34,807 nucleotides of DNA from IMG/VR virus record IMGVR_UViG_2526164649_000022; one strand, written 5' to 3'. Of this stretch, positions 27,273-34,807 are shown piece by piece; the first letter of the stretch is position 1, and the number at the start of each line of letters is the position of its first letter. The notes beneath the pieces were generated by a model. The model did no database searches. It was given only the letters and a program-made list of their open reading frames with translations, and was not told the DNA's origin. Both the position numbers and the translations under genes were made by a program. Source of the stretch: a virus (Duplodnaviria > Heunggongvirae > Uroviricota > Caudoviricetes).

Positions 27273-27860
27273 TCACCCCCGCGTGGCGGACGGCGCGTTG
27301 TCGATGATTTCCAGACAGGCGTCGGTCAGTTCTTCCATGCGGTTAAACCATCCGTTCAGGTATTTGCCCTGGGCGGGTTTTGATTTGATGATGTCGGCAT
27401 AAAAGCGGGAACGACGGACAATACAGCGGGTCAGCAACCAGTCCGGGTTAGACAGGTTCACGGCCCTGCGGGTACGCGGGCCGATGATGCCGTCAGCATC
27501 CACATCAGCGGCTTCCTGCAAAATTCTGATGGCTTTTTTAACGCCATGCTGAACCGCCGCATCGAACACAAACAGCGCTACACCATCAGGCCACTGCTCA
27601 CACCCGGCTGGCAGCCAGTAATCGCGCCAGTAAATCTGCGCAGCCTGTTCGCGGGTCAAATCTTTGATGCGGGTATCCGGTTTGCCGTCTCCGTTGACGT
27701 CGGTTTTGCCGTCAATCACACCGTCGCGGCGGTCAGAAATGCCGTATCTGGTTTCGCCGCCACGGTCAGTGGGGTCATTGACATAGACGCCTTCGATATC
27801 GGGACGCAGAATAAAATTCAGCGCATACTCAAAGGCCGGGGAGAATTTTTGATTTTCCAT
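27273..27860 (-). CDS. Endolysin (glycoside hydrolase family 108-like with peptidoglycan-binding domain)
   Basis: 195-aa ORF, first gene after the Mor-family activator and terminator; family call from recalled motif architecture. Confidence 0.65.
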   Translation of the reverse strand: MENQKFSPAFEYALNFILRPDIEGVYVNDPTDRGGETRYGISDRRDGVIDGKTDVNGDGKPDTRIKDLTREQAAQIYWRDYWLPAGCEQWPDGVALFVFDAAVQHGVKKAIRILQEAADVDADGIIGPRTRRAVNLSNPDWLLTRCIVRRSRFYADIIKSKPAQGKYLNGWFNRMEELTDACLEIIDNAPSATRG

Positions 27861-27915
27861 AAAAGCACCTGTGAAGCAGATTTAAACGTGGTCTGCTTCA
27901 TGGTGCCGGAGGCAT

Positions 27916-27941
27916 AAAAAAAGCCGGATTTACCGGCTTCA
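27916..27941 (-). terminator. Putative intrinsic terminator after the Mor-family gene (end of early/middle operon), upstream of endolysin
   Basis: 7-bp stem AAGCCGG/CCGGCTT, 5-nt loop, T7 tract on the minus strand; identical to the element at 20365-20390. Confidence 0.5.
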
Positions 27942-27945
27942 TTGA

Positions 27946-28395
27946 TTAAGGACGTCGTGGCGGACGACGAACGGGGTGAGGCAGGTTCGGGGAGTGGTAA
28001 AACAAATCCGGCTGGTATTTATTACACTCCAGACGCCGCATCCGCTTGATGGCCTTGTAGACGGTTTTATACGTCACCCCGTAACGCTGAACCAGTTCAG
28101 GAATATTATGGCCGTTAAAATCACGCCAGATACGCATATCCCGGACAAGATTCTCCAGAATATTCCCCCTCGGAACATAAACCTGCATCCCGCCGATATA
28201 GCGACAAATCGCCACAACCAGCTCAAGGGAATGGGCAGGGTCTGCGCCAATCCGGGCCAGCTCTTTACGCAGCAGTGCGTTCAGTTCAGAAAGTAACGCC
28301 GGATAAGCCGTGTTTTCCTGGTAATCGTTAAGGTATTCCAGAACGCTGTCGTCCCGGAAGTCTTCGAATAAATCCTGCTCTTTCATCTGTTTCAT
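27946..28395 (-). CDS. mor: Mor/C-family transcriptional activator of middle/late genes
   Basis: 149-aa ORF directly downstream of GemA-like gene with C-terminal helix-turn-helix region (ELVQRYGVTYKTVYKAIKRMRR), as in Mu Mor/C. Confidence 0.7.
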   Translation of the reverse strand: MKQMKEQDLFEDFRDDSVLEYLNDYQENTAYPALLSELNALLRKELARIGADPAHSLELVVAICRYIGGMQVYVPRGNILENLVRDMRIWRDFNGHNIPELVQRYGVTYKTVYKAIKRMRRLECNKYQPDLFYHSPNLPHPVRRPPRRP

Positions 28396-28943
28396 ACAGC
28401 AATTCTCCCGCTGTTTCGTGCGCGGGCATACGCACTGGTCAGTGCATCATAGCCGCGCAGCTCCTGCCCGGTTTCGCTCACAGGTAAAGGCACACCATGT
28501 CGGGCAAAGGCTTCACGGATGCAGCGCATATGCCACTGTTTGAGCGTTTCGAGCACAACCTGCAACGATTCCCCGTGACACCAGGCCAGCGTGGAAACAC
28601 CCTGACCGCCATTACGTCTGGCTGTCAGGCGTTCAACGTATTTGTCCAGCGCAGCGTCGCTGATATCGGAGACGAAACCATCAAGGAACATCTGCTGCCA
28701 GATTTTATAAATCTTCTCGCGCGGTGTGACATGCCCCTTAAAGCGACGGCGGGGATGTTTTTTCTGCTTCTTAAAACCGCGCTCTTTCATGGCATCGAGC
28801 ACACGTTCCAGTTGTGCAACGGAAAGCTCGCGGCAACTGGTTTTGCCCGTGCACTGCACCAGAAAGGTGCGGTAAGTGTCATCGTCGAGTTGCAGGTCAC
28901 GACGGGCAACATGAATTAATTTAATCAGGGATGTGCAGCTCAT
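28392..28943 (-). CDS. gemA: GemA-like protein (Mu gp16-like)
   Basis: 183-aa ORF immediately upstream of the Mor-family gene, matching Mu gemA-mor order. Confidence 0.55.
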   Translation of the reverse strand: MSCTSLIKLIHVARRDLQLDDDTYRTFLVQCTGKTSCRELSVAQLERVLDAMKERGFKKQKKHPRRRFKGHVTPREKIYKIWQQMFLDGFVSDISDAALDKYVERLTARRNGGQGVSTLAWCHGESLQVVLETLKQWHMRCIREAFARHGVPLPVSETGQELRGYDALTSAYARARNSGRIAV

Positions 28944-29081
28944 TATGTCCCCCCGGATTTAAAATTAATTCGGTGTTGAATAGCTCTTTACTCATTCGAT
29001 GTAGCACATCGAGGGCGGCAACTGCCGCTACTTTATCCTGGCTGGCAATGATTTTTCGTAATTCCTCAATAATCCAGGCTG
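28921..29081 (-). pseudogene. 3' fragment of an early-region gene truncated by IS1
   Basis: The reading frame ending at 28921 continues upstream only into IS1 sequence; the phage-derived part is about 53 codons. Confidence 0.35.
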
Positions 29082-29136
29082 GGTAATGCTGCCAACTTAC
29101 TGATTTAGTGTATGATGGTGATTTTAAGGTGCTTGC

Positions 29137-29412
29137 GTGGCTTCCATTTCCATCAGATGTCCTTCCTGCTCCGCTACTGAAGGCGTGGTGCGTAACGGCA
29201 AAAGCACTGCCGGACATCAGCGCTATCTCTGCTCTCATTGCCGTAAAACATGGCAACTACAGTTCACTTACACCGCCTCTCAGCCCGGTACGCACCAGAA
29301 AATCATTGATATGGCCATGAATGGCGTCGGATGTCGCGCCAGTGCACGCATTATGGGCGTTGGCCTCAACACGGTTTTACGTCACTTAAAAAACTCAGGC
29401 CGCAGTCGGTAA
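29137..29412 (+). CDS. insA: IS1 InsA
   Basis: 91-aa [42 protein letters not shown]... matches recalled InsA. Confidence 0.9.
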   Translation: MASISIRCPSCSATEGVVRNGKSTAGHQRYLCSHCRKTWQLQFTYTASQPGTHQKIIDMAMNGVGCRASARIMGVGLNTVLRHLKNSGRSR

Positions 29413-29834
29413 CCTCGCGCATACAACCGGGCAGTGATGTGATTGTCTGCGCTGAAATGGACGAACATTGGGGCTACGTCGGTGCTAAATCACGTCAGCG
29501 CTGGCTGTTTTACGCGTATGACAGGATACGGAGGACGGTTGTGGCGCACGTCTTCGGTGAACGCACTCTGGCCACACTGGAGCGTCTTCTGAGCCTGCTG
29601 TCGGCCTTTGAGGTCGTGGTATGGATGACGGATGGCTGGCCGCTGTATGAATCACGCCTGAAGGGAAAGCTGCACGTTATCAGCAAGCGTTACACTCAGC
29701 GCATTGAGCGACATAATCTGAATCTGAGACAACATCTGGCAAGGCTGGGACGGAAGTCACTGTCGTTCTCAAAATCGGTGGAGCTGCATGACAAGGTCAT
29801 CGGGCATTATCTGAACATAAAACACTATCAGTAA
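29331..29834 (+). CDS. insB: IS1 InsB reading frame (expressed as InsAB' by -1 frameshift)
   Basis: ORF overlapping the insA 3' end and ending ...[15 protein letters not shown], as in IS1. Confidence 0.85.
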   Translation: MSRQCTHYGRWPQHGFTSLKKLRPQSVTSRIQPGSDVIVCAEMDEHWGYVGAKSRQRWLFYAYDRIRRTVVAHVFGERTLATLERLLSLLSAFEVVVWMTDGWPLYESRLKGKLHVISKRYTQRIERHNLNLRQHLARLGRKSLSFSKSVELHDKVIGHYLNIKHYQ

Positions 29835-29880
29835 GTTGGAGTCATTACCCGGATTTTGACGTTCATTGTCAGCGTTCCTT

Positions 29881-30159
29881 TCAGTGGCATGTTTTTTCAA
29901 CAGCCATTTCAGTGACACGGCCACCGGTGATGACACTATCGTTTTTCAAAATCTCGATAGCTTCATGGGCTGACTCATTAATTATTTTCTGGCTTTTATT
30001 AAGCACCAGTAACGCCACCATGCCAGCAAGTGTACCCTCATCACCGTCCAGTTCCGCACTACCGTCCACCGCAATGCTGGTGCGCAAATTCAGTCCTTTA
30101 ATTCCAGATACTGTATTTTTAATTTCAATAATTACTTTTGCCATTTTGTTATTCCTCAC
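29881..30159 (-). CDS. Hypothetical early-region protein
   Basis: 92-aa ORF between IS1 and the B gene; no recognisable domain. Confidence 0.4.
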   Translation of the reverse strand: MRNNKMAKVIIEIKNTVSGIKGLNLRTSIAVDGSAELDGDEGTLAGMVALLVLNKSQKIINESAHEAIEILKNDSVITGGRVTEMAVEKTCH

Positions 30160-30176
30160 AAATAAATAAGCCGTTA

Positions 30177-30404
30177 TTAACGCCAGATAATCTGGCAGCC
30201 ATTAAGGCGGGCCGTCCATACTGAACGGGCAACCCCTGATTTATGCTCCATAATCCTGACAGCGTTTCTGACCAGCTCCGGTGGTGGGCAGGTGATTTCA
30301 AGTACCGGACGCGCCACGCCGAGATATGATTCATTTACGTGACTCCCGTGCGCCTGTAACCAGTTCTGCGCATCCGTTGCCATTTTTATATTTCGTGACA
30401 TCAT
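30177..30404 (-). CDS. Hypothetical small early protein at the position of Mu kil
   Basis: 75-aa ORF immediately downstream of B; positional inference only. Confidence 0.35.
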   Translation of the reverse strand: MMSRNIKMATDAQNWLQAHGSHVNESYLGVARPVLEITCPPPELVRNAVRIMEHKSGVARSVWTARLNGCQIIWR

Positions 30405-30419
30405 GGTTTATGTCCTTTA

Positions 30420-31370
30420 CTACCAGTTCAGTAACCTGGGGTTGCTGTAAGCCTCCTTAAAAGCCGCTTTAATGTGACTTTTATTCAGGGATGTGCCTGC
30501 ACCTTTTGCCGCCAGCCACGCATGATTCAGTGTGTGAGTTAATACACGCAATTCCCCGGGCTTTTCGGCTACCCTCATCAGCAGGTCCAGCTCATCTTCC
30601 TGTGTTACTCCCCATGCTTTGGCTACAGCCATCACATCGGTCTTTTTTACTTTGCGCAGTTGTTTTGTCATGGCAAAACGGCTGAACAGACGGGCCAGTT
30701 CATCAGTCCCACGACGGGTGGCATCCGCCATCTGTTTCGGGTTGCCAATTAAAACCATCCCCACGCCAGTGGCATCCTGAATGGCGCGTAATTGCTCCAG
30801 ACCATCCACACTTAAGTGATCAGCTTCATCAATAATCAGAAGGGGGTTAACACGGCCACTGGTTTCTTTACCACCACCCAGTTTTCTGCGAATGGCGCGG
30901 GTTATATTCCCCTTATTTCTTCCCGGATTATTAATTTCCAGCGCATATGCTATTTCAAGGAGGCATTCCGTTACGCTCGAATGTGCCGGAGCAAGAGTCA
31001 CCATCCAGGCATTAGCTGTCCTGCGACAATATTCCCGGGCAGCAAAGGTTTTTCCGACACCCGGTACGCCAACAACGACACTGATAATCCCGAGTGAGCG
31101 CACTGTTTTAAACAGCTCATGCAAATCACAAAATGTCTGGGTCTTCACAACACCAGGGGTACCTGACAAGTTCTGTCCCTTCTGCCAGACCTGATACCAT
31201 TTCTGTAATTTGTCATGCATACCTTCGACATTACCGTTGTACTCTCCTTTACGCAGAGCCGAGAGTGTTGCCGGAGACATTCCGGCTTCATCAGCAATAT
31301 CTTCCTGAGACTTGTCGCCCTCGTTAATCAAAGCGTTAATAGTGTTGAAAACATCATCAATATCAGTCAT
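30420..31370 (-). CDS. B: Mu B-like AAA+ ATPase (transposition target-DNA activator)
   Basis: 316-aa ORF with Walker A GVPGVGKT, immediately downstream of the transposase gene. Confidence 0.85.
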   Translation of the reverse strand: MTDIDDVFNTINALINEGDKSQEDIADEAGMSPATLSALRKGEYNGNVEGMHDKLQKWYQVWQKGQNLSGTPGVVKTQTFCDLHELFKTVRSLGIISVVVGVPGVGKTFAAREYCRRTANAWMVTLAPAHSSVTECLLEIAYALEINNPGRNKGNITRAIRRKLGGGKETSGRVNPLLIIDEADHLSVDGLEQLRAIQDATGVGMVLIGNPKQMADATRRGTDELARLFSRFAMTKQLRKVKKTDVMAVAKAWGVTQEDELDLLMRVAEKPGELRVLTHTLNHAWLAAKGAGTSLNKSHIKAAFKEAYSNPRLLNW

Positions 31371-31445
31371 AGTATTTCCTCGGTTATTTCAAATCAGCTT
31401 TGTTTCCTTTATTTAACAGTCCGTTCCCGCGGACTGTTTTTTTAT

Positions 31446-33273
31446 TCAGGCCAGCGGATCATCTTCTTCCTGCATGGCAAAAAGTTTTTGCATCCCCAGC
31501 CGGAAATCGCGTTCAAATTCTTCGTCATGCTCTTCTTCATATTCCGGTTGCTGAACTGCCACCACATTACCAACCGGGCGATAAACATTACTCAGCCAGG
31601 GTTCAGCCTGTTTGTGTTCCAGAATCTGAATACCTTCATCTTCAGCATCACGAATTTTTTCCTCAGCGCGTTTGCGCATTCCTTTAATACGCTGCTGTTG
31701 TTTGTGATATTCAGCACTGACAGCAAAGGCTGCGCGTTTATTGCCGTTCCATATCGCCTCACAGATAAAGCTGCCGTCCTTGCGACGTACCGTAATTCGC
31801 TCGGCGTCATGAATGTCATAACTGATAAGCACTTTGCGACCGTGTTCGTCACGCAACTCCGGCGCGTAGTAAATATTGTTCAGCCACTGAATTTCGCAGC
31901 GTCTTACCGGTCGTTCCACCATTGGGCGGAACATGTCGCGCAGCTCAAGATCACTCAGCCACTCAATTTCGGTGTCTTCTTCTGCCAGGCGTTTTTTCTG
32001 AACTCTGTCGGGCTGTAATGCCGTCCGTTCGGTTTCATCGGCAGCTCAGAATGCGGGCGGTTGTTGTACCATTCCACGCCTTCACGAATAGCCTCAATAA
32101 GCTCCGCCCACGATGGCAGCTCGCGCATTGCCGCTTTCTGGCGGTCGTTCAGAGGCTTGTCCTGTTGCAGGGCGTTAAACGCTGAACGCAGATCACGGTT
32201 AAGTACACGCAACGATTCCCGGTCAGCACCCTTGCCAAAATAGGTGCGATACCTCCTGGCTATACGCATCGGCAGTGTCCGGTTCAGGCGTTCAATAATG
32301 CCGCGTCCCTGTGGATTACCGGCAATACCGGTAGGGTGTTTAATCCCCAGGCGTGGCAGAATACCCACGACCTCTTTGTCCAGCATGTCAGCCGTTTCAC
32401 CGGAACCGTTATCCGAGTAATACAGGAACGGTTTTCCGTGGTTGCGAATGCCGTGCTGTATCGCACCGGCAACGGCGAACACGTTTTCGGCAAGGTCAAG
32501 ACTCCAGCCAACAACAAACCGTGTTCCACCATCGATCACAAACGTGACTTCCGGTGAGAATGGACGCCCGTGGATCGGATGCGCACATTTCAGCTTCATA
32601 CCGTGACCGTCACCAATCCAGACATAATTCACCGGCATAGCTGTCCAGTCGCGGCGGGTGAATCCTTCAAGCTGACGGTATTCACTGCCGGTAACGCGCC
32701 CTTTTTGTTTCACCACTTCCGGCAGTTTTTTCATGGCATACCGGACAACATCATAGGAAGGCATCACCTCCAGCATGTACGGTTCGTCCGCATGGCGACG
32801 CTGCCATTCTGCGACAAAATCCTCGTAGGCTTCTGACATGGGTCTGCCGTTCACCTGGCGATACTGCGCCAGAAATTCAGGCAGCCAGCTGATTTCTTCC
32901 GGTTTTATTTCGTCGCGTTTTCCCGGTGCCAGTAACAGCAGCCGTTCGGCGGCGTTCTGCGACTGGTTGTATTTCAGAACCCACTGGTAAAGTGGATCGC
33001 GGCTGATAGTACGATTAGCGCCACGTTTTGCATTGGCGTTAACTGCGGCCTGTTGCAGGCGCTCCGGCAGCTCACCTTTACGGGCTTTTTCAACAAGAAA
33101 GTTAATGGCTTTCAGTCGCCCGAGGTTACCGGCGCTTTCCAGCTTCAGCACTTCCACCACCAGCGCAGCTCTTGCTTCAGATACCCAGCGCTGGTTTTCG
33201 GTCAGCGCATTCAGGCGTTCTTCCATCAGTTGTGGAGAACCGCGATATGCTTCGATTGCCTGGACAGCGTCAG
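31446..33273 (-). pseudogene. A: Mu A-like DDE transposase, central and C-terminal parts, frameshifted in a T6 run (31992-31997) and severed from its N-terminus by IS600
   Basis: ORFs 31955-33322 and 31446-31934 align to consecutive MuA regions in different frames (...VWIGDGHG... catalytic core; ...NNIYY...DGSFICEA domain III). Confidence 0.8.
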
Positions 33274-33337
33274 TGAGGTAGCCTGAGTTTAACGGACACT
33301 CCTTCCTGAAATAGAATGGCATCAGAAGGAGCTAATA

Positions 33338-33640
33338 ATGAGCAGAAAAACCCAACGTTACTCTAAAGAGTTCAAAGCCGAAGCTGTCAGAACGGTTCTT
33401 GAAAATCAACTTTCGATCAGTGAAGGCGCTTCCCGATTATTCCTTCCTGAAGGCACTTTAGGACAATGGGTTACCGCCGCCAGAAAAGGGCTCGGTACTC
33501 CTGGTTCCCGCACGGTGGCTGAACTGGAATCTGAAATTCTGCAACTGCGTAAGGCGTTAAATGAAGCTCGCCTTGAGCGAGATATATTAAAAAAAGCAAC
33601 AGCGTATTTTGCACAGGAGTCGCTGAAAAATACGCGTTAA
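33338..33640 (+). CDS. IS600 OrfA (copy 2; one Ser-to-Phe difference from copy 1)
   Basis: 100-aa ORF identical to copy 1 except SRLSLPEG to SRLFLPEG. Confidence 0.85.
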   Translation: MSRKTQRYSKEFKAEAVRTVLENQLSISEGASRLFLPEGTLGQWVTAARKGLGTPGSRTVAELESEILQLRKALNEARLERDILKKATAYFAQESLKNTR

Positions 33641-33675
33641 TCGAACAATGGCGACAACAATTTCCCATTGAAGCG

Positions 33676-34493
33676 ATGTGTCAGGTATTTGGTGTATCCA
33701 GGAGCGGTTATTACAACTGGGTACAGCATGAACCCTCAGACAGAAAACAAAGTGATGAGCGGCTAAAACTGGAGATTAAGGTGGCACATATCCGCACTCG
33801 CGAAACATATGGAACCCGGCGGCTCCAGACGGAGCTGGCAGAGAATGGCATCATCGTTGGTCGTGACCGACTGGCACGTCTTCGTAAGGAGCTAAGGCTA
33901 CGCTGTAAGCAGAAACGCAAGTTCAGAGCGACTACGAACCCGAACCACAATCTGCCAGTTGCGCCAAATCTGCTGAACCAGACGTTCGCTCCTACAGCAC
34001 CAAATCAGGTCTGGGTGGCGGACCTGACGTATGTTGCCACACAGGAGGGATGGTTGTACCTCGCTGGCATCAAAGATGTTTATACGTGCGAAATTGTCGG
34101 CTACGCCATGGGAGAGCGCATGACAAAAGAGCTGACAGGTAAAGCCCTGTTTATGGCGCTCAGGAGCCAGCGCCACCTGCCGGGCTAATCCACCACTCTG
34201 ATCGAGGTTCACAGTACTGCGCATACGATTACCGGGTCATACAGGAGCAGTCTGGTCTGAAAACATCAATGTCGCGTAAAGGTAACTGTTACGACAACGC
34301 TCCGATGGAAAGCTTCTGGGGAACGCTGAAAAATGAGAGCCTGAGCCACTATCGTTTTAATAACCGGGATGAAGCCATCTCAGTAATACGGGAATACATT
34401 GAGATTTTCTACAATCGTCAGCGTCGTCACTCTCGTCTGGGGAATATCTCCCCGGCAGCCTTCAGGGAAAAATATCATCAGATGGCTGCTTAA
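33676..34493 (+). pseudogene. IS600 OrfB (copy 2), frameshifted by a 1-bp deletion
   Basis: Copy 1 reads AGCGCCCACCTGCC, copy 2 AGCGCCACCTGCC (about 34171-34176); ORF splits into 33676-34188 and 34269-34493. Confidence 0.8.
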
Positions 34494-34536
34494 AAAAAGA
34501 ACAAATGGTAGTATCCGCTATTGCCAGTACACCTCA

Positions 34537-34807
34537 CAGGATTGCGTGTTTTTCTGGTAACAGCTTTCACTTCAGAAACATTGTTCTCTGTAGCCACCAG
34601 CTGTTCCACATAGCGTTCACGCAGTGCCTTTCGTGTTATTTCAGGCAGACAATCAATGTGGTACTCAATGGCTTTTGTGCCTTCCCGACGGCGACTAACG
34701 TCACCAAGATCACGAGAAAAACGCTGTAACGCCTGTCGGATGCCTTTTGTGGTGGCTGGCATTCCTGGTACGCCGAGCAGGTCATTTACGGTAACGTACG
34801 ACTGCAT
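34537..34807 (-). pseudogene. A: N-terminal 90 codons of the Mu A-like transposase gene, separated from the rest by IS600 copy 2
   Basis: ...GTKAIEYHIDCLPEITRKALRERY resembles the recalled MuA N-terminus (...GGKAIEYNANSLPVEAKAAL...); in frame with the 31955-33273 segment once IS600 and one duplication copy are removed; ATG at 34805-34807. Confidence 0.75.

Larger units (their letters stand above)
29082..29849 (+). mobile_element. IS1 (768 bp), complete but without target-site duplication
   Basis: Ends GGTAATGCTGCCAACTTACTGAT... and ...AAGTTGGAGTCATTACC match recalled IS1 termini; 9-bp flanks differ (TCCAGGCTG vs CGGATTTTG). Confidence 0.9.
33274..34536 (+). mobile_element. IS600 copy 2, 1263 bp, inserted in the transposase A gene with 3-bp duplication CAG (33271-33273 and 34537-34539)
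   Basis: Same termini as copy 1; one nucleotide shorter because of a deletion in orfB. Confidence 0.9.

Noticed and set aside
20365-27941. Possibility that the repeated 26-bp element is a CRISPR repeat or att site
   Set aside because: Only two copies, 7.5 kb apart, with no spacer periodicity; structure and position fit a terminator/promoter junction. No CRISPR array or tRNA-like sequence was recognised anywhere in the window by eye.
27946-28395. Separate late activator C gene in addition to Mor
   Set aside because: Only one Mor/C-family ORF is evident between GemA-like and endolysin; I could not support a second activator gene from the sequence, so the single ORF is called Mor/C-family without deciding which.
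29082-29256. N-terminal part of the 111-aa ORF 28921-29256
   Set aside because: It is translated from IS1 sequence antisense to insA; only 28921-29081 is phage-derived.
30149-30334. 61-aa ORF overlapping the 75-aa ORF in another frame
   Set aside because: Fully nested in an alternative frame of a better-placed ORF; no independent support.

Overview
The window is almost entirely a Mu-like (transposable) prophage in inverted orientation: its right end (com-mom) is at the window left and the transposition genes (B, A) at the window right. Nearly all phage genes are on the minus strand, in Mu order: com-mom, two tandem tail-fibre/assembly modules, baseplate, tape measure, tube/sheath, head-tail joining, capsid, protease/scaffold, portal, terminase, lysis genes, a Mor/C-family activator, GemA-like, B, and A. 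Four insertion sequences interrupt it: IS2 (969-2299, 5-bp duplication CCTGG), IS600 copy 1 (12710-13973, 3-bp duplication ACC), IS1 (29082-29849, no duplication) and IS600 copy 2 (33274-34536, 3-bp duplication CAG). The transposase A gene is broken twice, by IS600 and by a 1-nt frameshift in a T6 run, so this looks like an immobilised prophage remnant with a largely intact structural region. The IS1/IS2/IS600 load is most consistent with Shigella or E. coli. All protein calls rest on recalled family signatures and Mu gene order; no database search or computation was run. I found no non-phage system here; the most unusual content is the mosaic tail-fibre region and the IS-driven decay pattern.
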